From positions 34,222-98,221 of the forward strand of contig JBAQNU010000029.1 in assembly GCA_049304095.1 (NCBI GenBank): a DNA stretch of 64,000 nt. The letters run 5' to 3'. Within the stretch, counting starts at the first letter, position 1; each line of letters opens with the position of its first letter. Source of the DNA: Candidatus Moraniibacteriota bacterium. Lineage in GTDB: Bacteria > Patescibacteriota > Minisyncoccia > Moranbacterales > UBA2206. The position numbers and the translations under genes were made by a program. Shown in pieces: positions 47,002 to 56,452 of this stretch. The notes under the pieces are model-generated. The model saw only the letters and a program-made list of their open reading frames with translations. It was not told the origin of the DNA and searched no databases.

Positions 47002-48120
47002 TTATTTTTTATATAACGCTCCCGGACCATAGGCGTTGACTTTTTGGTTGACTTGATTGACGGCTTTATCTGTCACGCTATTGAGTTTTTGATCAACTGC
47101 TCTTTGTGCTCCGGAGATGGCACTTTCGGTGAGACTGGAAATGGCTTTAGAAACCGTGGCGGCAATAATTTCCGGCAGACTCTTAGCATAGGCCATGGCC
47201 ATGTTGGGGAGATTTTCCACATTGGCTTTCATGTCAGCAATAAGGGAACCTGGTTTGGTGACTGAGCCATCATCCGCCACGTTGCCAAGAAAACCTTTGT
47301 AGGCGATACTTTGGGCTGTGGCAGTTGCGGTCTCGTCTTTTTCCACTTTGTCCATGTAGGCTTGGGTGTACATAGCAATATCTGAGGGCATATTATTTTC
47401 CAAAACATAGAGATTGAGATTGGATAGATCCTTCCCCGCTAGCAGATTCTCAGTATCAATATTGGGGAATGTTTTTGGTTCTGGATTAATTACTTCCTTG
47501 TCAACCATTGTTATCATTTTCTCGGCATAACTCTCCGTTGGAGCAGGAGATCCATTGACAGAAGAACATTCCATTACGTTTCCACCCATTGGTTGGCAAG
47601 TTCCGATGGTGCCGTCTGCCATTTGGCATTCAGTGCCAGTGTTAGCCACGCTGCAATCTGTGACGGCTGCCAAAACTCGGGCGCCAAAACCTTCCGACTC
47701 CGTGCTGGCTCCCAAGACAAGGCCACTAGTACTGCGATAATTGGACATTCCGCGACCGGCAAAAGCTTGACTGATATAATCATTGGCATAGGCACGGGCG
47801 GTGCGCTTGGGAGAGTCGACAAGGTAGTCTTTCCAGTTGGTGATGAAGCGCGCCCCGTTGCCTGAGACACCGGAGATGAAACGATCAACTTGATTGGAAA
47901 CCATTTGAATCGCGCTTTGTTTGAGAGAGGCGAGCATCGTTTCTTGAATAAAATCCCAAATTTTGGTTTGAGCAAAAATTGCTTCTCCAGCTGGCAGGGC
48001 GTCCCACGCCAGGGCTTTTGAGGTGCCTAGGGGAGAAAAAGTGAGCAAAAAAGCAACCAAAGACAACAAAAATGTTTTCTTGATGGGCTGAAAAAAAGAA
48101 TTTGTTTTCGGCTGATTCAT
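47002..48120 (-). CDS. secreted hypothetical protein
   Basis: Signal peptide (LLSLVAFLLTFSPLGTSKALA). Cys cluster CSVANTGTECQMADGTIGTCQPMGGNVMECS. Confidence 0.4.
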   Translation of the reverse strand: MNQPKTNSFFQPIKKTFLLSLVAFLLTFSPLGTSKALAWDALPAGEAIFAQTKIWDFIQETMLASLKQSAIQMVSNQVDRFISGVSGNGARFITNWKDYLVDSPKRTARAYANDYISQAFAGRGMSNYRSTSGLVLGASTESEGFGARVLAAVTDCSVANTGTECQMADGTIGTCQPMGGNVMECSSVNGSPAPTESYAEKMITMVDKEVINPEPKTFPNIDTENLLAGKDLSNLNLYVLENNMPSDIAMYTQAYMDKVEKDETATATAQSIAYKGFLGNVADDGSVTKPGSLIADMKANVENLPNMAMAYAKSLPEIIAATVSKAISSLTESAISGAQRAVDQKLNSVTDKAVNQVNQKVNAYGPGALYKK

Positions 48121-48132
48121 TTTGATGAGTGT

Positions 48133-49188
48133 TTAATTTTGTTCAAGTAGTTTGCCAATTTCCTCGAGACTTTCTGGCGCTGAAATGCCATAGCTTTCTA
48201 ATTTTTTTTGAATGGTTTCATTGTAGTCCAGTCCATATTCCGAGAATTTGGCTTGTGCTTCCATGGTAAAGTCGGAAAAGGCAGAAAGTAGGCCAGAAAT
48301 TTTTGCAAGACTGGCAATGTCTCCCAGAGGGTCCTCATCTTTGGGTCTTAGTGTTTGAGCGAGCTCATTAGAATAGAGCGCGAGATTTAGGGCTTTTATG
48401 TGCAGATCAACCAGATTTTCCGGCACTTCCAGGGCTTTTAGCTGTTCAATGATTTTGGTTTGACTTTCAGCGAGTTTTTCGATTCCGGCGGTGTTTCGAC
48501 TGGAAATGGCCGAAATGATGATGTTTTGGATGTTTTGAATAACTTTTGGGGCGTCACTGAGCGAGGTGATTGGTTCAGGCGAATTGCTGGAAAGAATATA
48601 GATGAGCGCGGTGAGATAGTTGGTGGCGTCCTCTTTGATTTTCTCAAGTGCTCTTTTTTCGCTTAAATTAGCATAACTAGCTTGACTTTTGATGTTTAAA
48701 TCCTCTCTTTTTATTTCTGGTAGATTCGTTTCTCCGAGATTGTTATCGCCTGCGATTGTTTGATCAATGAGCGACTGAACATCTTCCAAGGAAGGGGGGC
48801 TGTCGGATGATGCGGTGAGCTTGGAAAGTCTTTCTGAGAGATCAGTGGTGAGATTTTTTTGAGTGGAGTCGCCAAGTACACTATCGGCAGAAGCGATTTT
48901 TGAAGCGGTAGTGTCTGCGATTATTTTGTCTCCAGGAGCGGGCTTTAGCGGGTTGTATCCAGCGCGCACTTCCGCTCCGTCGGAATAGCCATCACCATCC
49001 GTGTCACTTTTTTGCGGATCGGTTCCATACATCTTTTCTTCTTCGTTAGTTAGTCCATCTTGGTCACTATCAAGAAAGACACTACTGGTAGTGTTAGCCT
49101 TGTCTTCAGCGCCTACATAGAAGGCAAAACTCAAAACGAGCAAACATCCCAAAACCAAAAAAGTCGAGTTGATATTTTTTATTTTCAT
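48133..49188 (-). CDS. secreted protein with thrombospondin-type-3-like calcium-binding repeats
   Basis: Signal peptide. DSDQDGLTNEEE...DTDGDGYSDGAEV (DxDxDG repeats). Confidence 0.45.
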   Translation of the reverse strand: MKIKNINSTFLVLGCLLVLSFAFYVGAEDKANTTSSVFLDSDQDGLTNEEEKMYGTDPQKSDTDGDGYSDGAEVRAGYNPLKPAPGDKIIADTTASKIASADSVLGDSTQKNLTTDLSERLSKLTASSDSPPSLEDVQSLIDQTIAGDNNLGETNLPEIKREDLNIKSQASYANLSEKRALEKIKEDATNYLTALIYILSSNSPEPITSLSDAPKVIQNIQNIIISAISSRNTAGIEKLAESQTKIIEQLKALEVPENLVDLHIKALNLALYSNELAQTLRPKDEDPLGDIASLAKISGLLSAFSDFTMEAQAKFSEYGLDYNETIQKKLESYGISAPESLEEIGKLLEQN

Positions 49189-49272
49189 ATGTCTGGATTA
49201 TACCACAACCACTGTCAAGTTGTGAAGGGGAAAAGATTTGCTTTGAATTTTTTTGAGTGCTAAATTAGAGTT

Positions 49273-50889
49273 ATGCAAAAATTGACTAAATTTATCGAAC
49301 ATATTTTGGAAAAAAGAGTCAGTCCGGTGGCCTGGTTTTTTAATTTTTTGGGGATTGTTGTGGTGCGGTTATATCTCGATAAATTTATTGCACGAGCTCG
49401 CTCTCCCCTGTTTGATTTGATTATGGATTTGCATAATCTGCTCTTCTTTTTTTTGTCGTTTGCTCTTTTGTGGCTTGTTTTGACTCTAGTGCTCAAAAAG
49501 AAGCCTTTTGATCTGAGTTATTTGATGCTTTGGACAAGTCTGGCTATTATTTTTCCACCACTATTTGATTTGGCGCGCACCGGCGGAGAGGTTTTTTGGA
49601 GCTTCTATCTGCTTAGTTCTCCGCAGGACCTATTTTTGGAATATTTGACATTTTTTGGCCATCTTCCTTCAGGAATAGTGTATTTTGGCACCAGGATAAC
49701 TGCACTGGCAGGAGTATTTTTTCTAACGCTTCTAGTTTGGGTAAAAACTAAAAAAGTTTCTCGCTCACTGCTCACACTTATTGGGACATATTCCGGGTTA
49801 TTTCTGATGGCCGCTTTCCCCTCGCTGTTTTTCTATCTGGTCACTTTTTTGGAAAAAAAGAGCTTGCTTGCGGTTCAGTCTTTTCAAATTATTCAATTTT
49901 TTTCGCAAACGAAAAATTTCGGCATTAAATTGGTTGATCCGACCTATGCCTTGGCCGCCAATTTGAATCTGATCTATTTCCTGCTTATTTTCATTTTATT
50001 GAGCTATTTTTTTTGGAAATCAGAGGCAAAAGTATTTTGGTCGGTGGCGCGAAATTTGCGTTATCCGCAAATCTTTTTCCACTGCGGACTGTTGTTTTTT
50101 GGCTTGGGGATTGGAGCACTCGCCTATCCGGAAAACTTTAATCTTAATTTGTTTTCTATTTTAGCAATTTTGGTGATTTGGCTCAGTGTGTTTTTGGCTT
50201 GGGAAGCATCGGTGGTGGTAAATGATATTTTTGATTATTGGGTGGATTTGATTTCCAACAGGGAGCGACCTTTGCAGGTTGGTCTTTTCACAGTCGAAAA
50301 GTATGCTCAATTTGGTGCAATACTTTTCTTTCTTTCTTTTATTGGCGGGATGCTGGTGCATTACAAATTAGGCATATTGCTCATCGTCTATCAAATTCTC
50401 GCTTGGTTCTATTCGGCGGAGCCATATCGCTTGAAGCGTTTTCCTGTCATTGCCTCTTTTCTAAGTGCTGCAACGTTGCTCACAGTCTTTTTTGCGGGTT
50501 TTATTTTTTTCTCCCCGACGCAAAATCTGGATCATTTGCCATGGCGAATTGTTTTTCTGCTTCTTATTGCCTATACCCTATCTTTGCCGATTAAGGATTT
50601 CAAAGATATCGCCGGAGATAAAAAAGATGGTGTGTGGACAATTCCTGTAATCTTTGGTGAGGAGAAGGGGCGCTTAATTGTTGGCGCAGGAATCTTTATT
50701 TCCTATGTGTTGAGCATTTTTTTCATCAATGAAATGCGCCTATTTTGGTGGGCGATTATTTTTGGCTCGCTTTCTTTTTTGGTTATGAATAATAAAAAAA
50801 TCCACCCCAGAAGTGTTTTTTGGTGGATTTTGCCGTTGGTTACGATTTATGGTTTTATTGCTGTAGGGATTATTTTTTTCTCTGCTTAA
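49273..50889 (+). CDS. UbiA-family prenyltransferase domain fused to a roughly 270-aa N-terminal polytopic membrane extension
   Basis: NDIFDYWVDLISNRERPLQ is the UbiA NDxxDxxxD...RPL motif. KDFKDIAGDKKDG is the second Asp-rich motif. 538 aa. Confidence 0.65.
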   Translation: MQKLTKFIEHILEKRVSPVAWFFNFLGIVVVRLYLDKFIARARSPLFDLIMDLHNLLFFFLSFALLWLVLTLVLKKKPFDLSYLMLWTSLAIIFPPLFDLARTGGEVFWSFYLLSSPQDLFLEYLTFFGHLPSGIVYFGTRITALAGVFFLTLLVWVKTKKVSRSLLTLIGTYSGLFLMAAFPSLFFYLVTFLEKKSLLAVQSFQIIQFFSQTKNFGIKLVDPTYALAANLNLIYFLLIFILLSYFFWKSEAKVFWSVARNLRYPQIFFHCGLLFFGLGIGALAYPENFNLNLFSILAILVIWLSVFLAWEASVVVNDIFDYWVDLISNRERPLQVGLFTVEKYAQFGAILFFLSFIGGMLVHYKLGILLIVYQILAWFYSAEPYRLKRFPVIASFLSAATLLTVFFAGFIFFSPTQNLDHLPWRIVFLLLIAYTLSLPIKDFKDIAGDKKDGVWTIPVIFGEEKGRLIVGAGIFISYVLSIFFINEMRLFWWAIIFGSLSFLVMNNKKIHPRSVFWWILPLVTIYGFIAVGIIFFSA

Positions 50890-50977
50890 TTGACTTTTTA
50901 GCCGATTTGTGCGAGGATGTAAAGTCGAGAAAGGAAAATAAGCGATAACCAGCAACTTAAAAATTAGGAGGTGACGC

Positions 50978-51382
50978 ATGACTTGGCAGACAAAAGAAAG
51001 AAATAATCGGCTTGAGCAACAAAAAGTGCAAGAGATTTTAGAGACAGAAAACAGACGAAAGAAAGAAAAAGAAAATTATGGGAAGAATGTGGTTTTGGAT
51101 TTCTGGGATAATCTATTGAAAGCGAATAAGAAACTTCTTCCAGAAGTAGGAGCAAGGCTTACAAGCGAGCGAAGTTTGCAAGGGCTTGAACGCGAAATAG
51201 CTTGCGTGGAATACGAGAATGAAATCTTGATTTTCGAACCAACTGGAGGCGGTCAGCGTATCAGTTATTCTCATGAAAAAGAAGGGCTATGTATTGGGAA
51301 AAAACAAATAACCAAAAAACACATAGACCACATTCTGAGAAATATATGCACCGGGAAGTATTTTTATGCAGGGTTAGCTTAA
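50978..51382 (+). CDS. hypothetical protein
   Basis: aGGAGGtgacgcATG RBS. 134 aa with no motif recognised. Confidence 0.4.
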   Translation: MTWQTKERNNRLEQQKVQEILETENRRKKEKENYGKNVVLDFWDNLLKANKKLLPEVGARLTSERSLQGLEREIACVEYENEILIFEPTGGGQRISYSHEKEGLCIGKKQITKKHIDHILRNICTGKYFYAGLA

Positions 51383-51470
51383 TATCCCCTGCCTAGAGAT
51401 ATTTATTTTTATTTGTGTCTTGCAAAAAAAGGTAATGTCTAGATTCTAGATGTTACCTTTTTTCTTTTAT

Positions 51471-51880
51471 GTGTCATCCCCGCGAAGGCGGGGATCCAGG
51501 CACCACAAGGCTAATTATTATACAAAATCGAGAAATAAATCTCTCCACTTACTATTATCACTTTCAATTAATTTTATTTTCCAACTTCTGTTCCATTTCT
51601 TGAGTTGCTTTTCTCTGGCAATTGCGCTGACAATATCATTCGTCTGTTCAAAATAAACTAGAATTTTTGTTTTGTATTTTTTAGTAAATCCCTCTGCCAA
51701 TCCTTCTTTGTGCTGCCAGACTCTTTTTACTAAATCAGAAGTTACGCCAATATACAAAGTTCCGTTTTTCTCACTAGCTAGAATATATACGAAATAATCT
51801 TTAGTTCTCATTGTAATAATTCGTTTTTTCTTTATGTAAAAATGGAGGTGCCTGGATTCCCGCCTTCGCGGGAATGACAC
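51471..51880. mobile_element. candidate small mobile/selfish element: GIY-YIG nuclease gene bracketed by 34-bp terminal inverted repeats
   Basis: IR-L 51471-51504 is gtgtcatccccgcgaaggcggggatccaggcacc. The reverse complement of IR-R 51847-51880 is gtgtcattcccgcgaaggcgggaatccaggcacc. They match 32/34, and the two differences are a compensatory pair that preserves an internal hairpin. Confidence 0.4.
51518..51811 (-). CDS. GIY-YIG nuclease family protein
   Basis: YFVYILASEKNGTLYIGVTSDLVKRVWQH is the GIY-YIG motif. Start taken at MRTKDYF, because the N-terminal extension in the ORF track is translation of IR-R. Confidence 0.7.
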   Translation of the reverse strand: MRTKDYFVYILASEKNGTLYIGVTSDLVKRVWQHKEGLAEGFTKKYKTKILVYFEQTNDIVSAIAREKQLKKWNRSWKIKLIESDNSKWRDLFLDFV

Positions 51881-51887
51881 CGTTTTT

Positions 51888-52670
51888 TTATAATAATTCC
51901 ACCAACTTCTTCCAGTCGTCTAAGTTTAATTCTTGCGCTCGTTGGTTTGGTGTGATTCCAATTTGCTTTAATTTTTCTTCAATAATAGTTTTTTCTAATT
52001 GCAAGCTGGTGGAAAGATTATTGACCAGCGTTTTTCTTTTGGCAGAAAAACCGGCTTTGACAAGTTTGAAAAATTTTTGAGTGGTCTTTTTCTCTGCACG
52101 TTTTTCGTTTAGGTTTATTCTAATAACGGCGCTGTCTACTTCTGGCACAGGAAAAAAAGCCGTTTTTGGCACCGTAAAAAGCAGTTCCGGAGTGGCATAA
52201 TATTGCACAGACAAAGCCAGGATGCTCAGCTTTCCGGCTTTGGCACAGATTCTTTCAGCCACTTCTTTTTGTACCATAAGGATCATTTCTGTTGGCGGAT
52301 ATTTAGTTTCCAAAAACAAACGAATAATCGGTGAAGTAATATAATACGGAATATTGGCAATGACTTTGTATTTTGTAAAATTATTTTGTTTAATCAATTC
52401 CGGCAAATTAATTTCCAAAATATCAGCGTTGATAATATCCAGATTCTTAGTAGTCTTAAGTCTGTCATTTAATTTTTTGGCTAATTCTTTATCGATTTCG
52501 ATTGCTACAACTTTTTTGGCATACTTCGCTAATCTTTCTGTCAAAACACCTTCGCCTGGTCCGACTTCCAAAACAAAATCATCCGCGCTCAAATTAGCGG
52601 TCTTGATGATTTTATCCAAAACAGCTTTATCTCGAAGAAAATTTTGACCTAAAGATTTTTTTGGTTGCAT
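51888..52670 (-). CDS. rsmA: 16S rRNA (adenine1518/1519-N6)-dimethyltransferase
   Basis: SLGQNFL, EVGPGEGVLT and NIPYYITS are KsgA/RsmA signatures. Confidence 0.9.
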   Translation of the reverse strand: MQPKKSLGQNFLRDKAVLDKIIKTANLSADDFVLEVGPGEGVLTERLAKYAKKVVAIEIDKELAKKLNDRLKTTKNLDIINADILEINLPELIKQNNFTKYKVIANIPYYITSPIIRLFLETKYPPTEMILMVQKEVAERICAKAGKLSILALSVQYYATPELLFTVPKTAFFPVPEVDSAVIRINLNEKRAEKKTTQKFFKLVKAGFSAKRKTLVNNLSTSLQLEKTIIEEKLKQIGITPNQRAQELNLDDWKKLVELL

Positions 52671-52692
52671 GATATTTAGCTTAAGACAATAA

Positions 52693-53634
52693 TCAGTTTA
52701 ACACTTCTTCAACTTTCACACCAATTACGCCGGCTCCAAGAGAAGCGATTTTTTGGAAAGCCACCTTATCAAGATCGATAATGCGACCCTTGCCCTGGGG
52801 GCCATAATCATTAATTTGGACGATAACCGATTTGCCATTGGCGGTGTTGGTAACCCTGGCATAATTACCTCTTGCGATGGTTGTGCTAGCGGCGAATAGC
52901 CCGCCCTTCCAGGCATACCATGTCCCCTGGCCCTTTTTGGCTGGCCCAGTTTTGACATATGTTCCCTGGGTCTCAACTTCAGTGACTGGCTCTTTGGTGA
53001 TGTTTTTTTTCAGTGCGACGCGGGAAACTTCTTTGCCGTCTTTGTATGTAATTTTATAATTTACTTCCAAAATTCCTTTTTCACCCTCAATCTCTGTCTT
53101 TTTTTCGCGCCAGCCAAGTTTACTGTCTAGTTTGGTGGTGACTTTATAGGGGATATCCTCCGGGATGACTTTCTCTTCCACATTGATGCGGGTGACTGTG
53201 ATTTTTAGATCATTTTCCAGGAGGCCAAGAGTTCCTGGAATAGTTTTGTCTAGACGTCCGAGCATGATGTCATTTTCTTCTAGGGCAAACAGTAGGCTAC
53301 GAGAAAGTGTGTGATTTTCGATGGTTTTTCCATCAACGAAGATAGTTATTTTGACTGCGCGACGAATTTGAATGTTTTCTCCCGGAAAAAGTTGACTGGA
53401 ACGATCTGGCAAGATTTCATCATGAGGGGAAAGTGAAATTTTTTGCTCCAAAAGAAAGTTATCCACAGTCTGCGCACTGGTTTCTAGCTTCATTTCAAGC
53501 CCATTATCATAAAGAGTAACCAATTTTGGCTGTTCTGAGAAAAGCAATTCTCTTTTTTGGGAATGAAAAAAAAATCTCCATGAGGTGAAAATTATAAGCG
53601 TGAAAACTATAAGTTTGAGGAGTTTTTTGGGCAT
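52693..53634 (-). CDS. G5 and RlpA-like double-psi beta-barrel domain protein (YabE/RlpA-like cell-wall-binding protein)
   Basis: N-terminal TM. Central G5-like segment (VTEVETQGTYVKTG). C-terminal YAWKGGLFAASTTIARGNYARVTNTANGKSVIVQINDYGP...IIDLDKVAF is an RlpA/DPBB signature. Confidence 0.6.
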   Translation of the reverse strand: MPKKLLKLIVFTLIIFTSWRFFFHSQKRELLFSEQPKLVTLYDNGLEMKLETSAQTVDNFLLEQKISLSPHDEILPDRSSQLFPGENIQIRRAVKITIFVDGKTIENHTLSRSLLFALEENDIMLGRLDKTIPGTLGLLENDLKITVTRINVEEKVIPEDIPYKVTTKLDSKLGWREKKTEIEGEKGILEVNYKITYKDGKEVSRVALKKNITKEPVTEVETQGTYVKTGPAKKGQGTWYAWKGGLFAASTTIARGNYARVTNTANGKSVIVQINDYGPQGKGRIIDLDKVAFQKIASLGAGVIGVKVEEVLN

Positions 53635-53654
53635 TAAATTTGAAATTTATGCGT

Positions 53655-55181
53655 CTATTCAGTCTTAAACCGATATTGAATGGCTTCGGCGATGTGCATA
53701 GGCTTGATGTCGGTTGATTCTTCCAAATCAGCGATGGTGCGGGCAACTTTAATGATGCGGAAATAGGATCGGGCGCTTAGATAGAAGCGTGCAAGAGCGT
53801 TTTTCATTAGTTCTGTTCCAGCAGCATCCAGGGCGCAATGTTTTTTTATCTGCTCGGCTTCCATTTCACTGTTGGTAATAATGGTTAAGTCGGAAAAACG
53901 CTCCGCTTGAATTTGACGAGCCTTTTCTACGCGTTTTTGAATAACACTGGACTCTTCCGCCTGCTTTTCTTCAGAAAGTTTTTCAAATTTTAGGCGTGGC
54001 ACTTCGATGTGCAAATCGATGCGATCGAGGATTGGTCCGGAAATTTTGGCTTGATAGCGAATAATGTTGCCAGGACTGCAAGAGCAGGCTTTTTCTGGGT
54101 CGGTGGCATTGCCACAGGGGCAAGGGTTCATAGCAGCAACTAGTGTGAAGCGAGCGGGAAACTCCAGTGTGCCACGTGCACGTGATACAGTAATCGATCC
54201 GTTTTCCAGCGGTTGACGCAGATTTTCCAAAACAGAGCGAGAAAATTCAGAGAACTCGTCAAGAAACAAAATGCCTCGGTGAGCCAAACTAATCTCTCCT
54301 GGCTTTGGGATTGTTCCTCCGCCGACAAGAGAAGCTGCGCTGGCTGAGTGATGCGGAGCGCGGAACTGTCTTTTGGTGATGAGACTGGTTTCTTTTGGCA
54401 AATAGCCGGAAACAGAAAATATTTTTGTTACCTCTAGGGCTTCGGGAACGCTCAGGCGGGGCAAGATTGAAGTCATTGTTTTGGCAAGTAAAGTCTTTCC
54501 CGATCCTGGTGGACCGTTTAAGAGAATGTTGTGTCCGCCGGCAGCGGCAATTTCCAATGCGCGCTTGACATGTTCTTGACCGCGAATATTTTTCATATCA
54601 TAGACGGGGCTTTCTTTTTCGAATAATTTCTCCAGGTCTGTGCGGGGAAAATTGTCAAGAATAGTTCTCTCTTCCAAGTGCTCAATCAATTCTCGCAAGG
54701 TGGAAACAGCAATGATTTTTAGTCCAGAGATGATTGAAGCTTCTTTAGCGTTCTCTTTTGGGACAAAAATAGTGTCAATCTTTTTTTCCTTCGCGAGGAT
54801 GGTCACCAGAAGAACACCTTTGACAGGACGAATACGTCCATCAAGGGACAGTTCTCCTATGAAGAGTTTGTGACCGTAGTCAAAATTTAACTGATTGGTG
54901 GCCAAAAGAAAGCCCAGGGCAATCGGCAAATCATAGAGCGGGCCAACTTTTGGCAAGTCAGCCGGAGCAAGATTAACTGTGATGCGACCACACCTGTGCG
55001 GAGGAACAAAGCCACTATTTTTCACGGCTGAACTGACCCGATCCTGGGCCTCTTTAATGGCAGTGTCGGGAAGTCCTACAATATTGAAGTGATGCATGCC
55101 AGCGGTGACTGTGTCCACCTCAACTTCAACTAGTTCACTTTTCAGGCCAATAACAGCGGCCGAGAGTACTTTTGAGGACAT
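53655..55181 (-). CDS. comM: Mg-chelatase-like AAA+ ATPase YifB/ComM
   Basis: The N-terminal region parallels E. coli YifB (GLPDTAIKEAQDRV, NLAPADLPK). Walker A LNGPPGSGKT. Start taken at MSSKVLSAAVIGL. Confidence 0.85.
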   Translation of the reverse strand: MSSKVLSAAVIGLKSELVEVEVDTVTAGMHHFNIVGLPDTAIKEAQDRVSSAVKNSGFVPPHRCGRITVNLAPADLPKVGPLYDLPIALGFLLATNQLNFDYGHKLFIGELSLDGRIRPVKGVLLVTILAKEKKIDTIFVPKENAKEASIISGLKIIAVSTLRELIEHLEERTILDNFPRTDLEKLFEKESPVYDMKNIRGQEHVKRALEIAAAGGHNILLNGPPGSGKTLLAKTMTSILPRLSVPEALEVTKIFSVSGYLPKETSLITKRQFRAPHHSASAASLVGGGTIPKPGEISLAHRGILFLDEFSEFSRSVLENLRQPLENGSITVSRARGTLEFPARFTLVAAMNPCPCGNATDPEKACSCSPGNIIRYQAKISGPILDRIDLHIEVPRLKFEKLSEEKQAEESSVIQKRVEKARQIQAERFSDLTIITNSEMEAEQIKKHCALDAAGTELMKNALARFYLSARSYFRIIKVARTIADLEESTDIKPMHIAEAIQYRFKTE

Positions 55182-55183
55182 AG

Positions 55184-55636
55184 CTATTTTTTGTTTAATT
55201 TTATTATCAAAAAGAAAATACCTGTGCAAATAAATATATCCGCTAGATTGAAAACTGGCCAAATTTTAAAATCAATGAAATCAATTACGCAACCATTATA
55301 CAGCCGATCAAGCAGATTGGAAATAGCACCTGAGATAACTAAAATTAGGGGGAAATTTAAATTTTTAATTTTTGAATTTGAAAATTGATTTAAAACCTTG
55401 CCTATAGGCAGACAGGTTTCAAACTTTAAATTTAAAATTAGCAGGCCAATAAATGAAATGATAGCTATAGTGGCTAGCAAAATCAACCAAGATGGCAAAA
55501 CCACGCCAAAAGCTATCCCTTTGTTGCAAATATAAAATCCGCGGGATGTGCGGATGATATATTTACTGAGCTGATCAATAAAGATGAGCAGAATAAAAGA
55601 GAAGACTAATAATTTTTTAGATTTAGATAATCGCAT
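55184..55636 (-). CDS. lspA: lipoprotein signal peptidase II
   Basis: 150 aa with 4 TM helices, plus the NLLDR and FNLADIFI motifs. Confidence 0.8.
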   Translation of the reverse strand: MRLSKSKKLLVFSFILLIFIDQLSKYIIRTSRGFYICNKGIAFGVVLPSWLILLATIAIISFIGLLILNLKFETCLPIGKVLNQFSNSKIKNLNFPLILVISGAISNLLDRLYNGCVIDFIDFKIWPVFNLADIFICTGIFFLIIKLNKK

Positions 55637-55642
55637 TAGTTG

Positions 55643-55990
55643 CTAGCATTTAATGCAAGTTTTAGCGCTGGGGTTGGCGCGTAAGCGGTCAAGATCGATT
55701 TCTTTTTGGCAGTTTTCACAAAATCCATAGGTGCCTTTTTCCATTCGTTCCAAGGCAGAAATAACGTCTTGCAAGTTTTTTTCCAGTGTCAGTTCTACTG
55801 GCAGATTTTCTGTGTATTCCTCTACTTCTGTGGTATTATCTTCTCGGTCAGTGCCGATTGTGTCAAAATTTGTTTCATAGTCACCTTTTTCTTTGTCGAG
55901 TGGCCTGGCGATGCGTTCCAGGCTTTTTTCTAAATCCGCTTTTTCACTAAGTAGTATCGCTTTGAGTTCGTCTAGGTTTTTTTGATCCAT
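55643..55990 (-). CDS. DksA/TraR-family C4 zinc-finger protein
   Basis: CENCQKEI...RLRANPSAKTCIKC four-Cys finger, with a coiled-coil N-terminus. Confidence 0.7.
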   Translation of the reverse strand: MDQKNLDELKAILLSEKADLEKSLERIARPLDKEKGDYETNFDTIGTDREDNTTEVEEYTENLPVELTLEKNLQDVISALERMEKGTYGFCENCQKEIDLDRLRANPSAKTCIKC

Positions 55991-56065
55991 AGTTGCTTTG
56001 GGTTATTGATTATTCGCTTATAGGTTAATTTTAGCAAAAATGTGGGAAGTTGTCTATTTTTGTTT

Positions 56066-56452
56066 TTAGATTGCTTTAATGTGCTTAATCCTTGCTCTTC
56101 TTGTGTTCATGTTAATCCAAATAGCAATTACATCAAAACGATAAGCATAAGCTAGGAGATTGTTAATTTTTAGATAAAAATAGGCGATTTTGTCTAACTT
56201 TTGCATTTTATGGTAATTGACATTTTCTTCTGGCAAGGTGTCTCGAAATTTTTGCATTTCTCTGGATTTTACCTCAACAAAAACTAATTCATTTTTTTTC
56301 AAATCTTTGGCAATGATGTCAATCTCTCCTAGTCGACGGCCACTTGGGTTGGCATAGTTCATGGCGATAATCTCATAACCCTTGCTTTTGAGATAGTTGG
56401 CGGCAATGCTTTCACCAAGATTGCCAAGTGCTTTTTTGGCTGTAATGCTCAT
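56066..56452 (-). CDS. yraN: YraN-family (UPF0102) endonuclease
   Basis: GESIAANYLKSKGYEII..N......GEIDIIA.......VFVEVKSR is the YraN/Holliday-junction-resolvase-like signature. Confidence 0.75.
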   Translation of the reverse strand: MSITAKKALGNLGESIAANYLKSKGYEIIAMNYANPSGRRLGEIDIIAKDLKKNELVFVEVKSREMQKFRDTLPEENVNYHKMQKLDKIAYFYLKINNLLAYAYRFDVIAIWINMNTRRARIKHIKAI

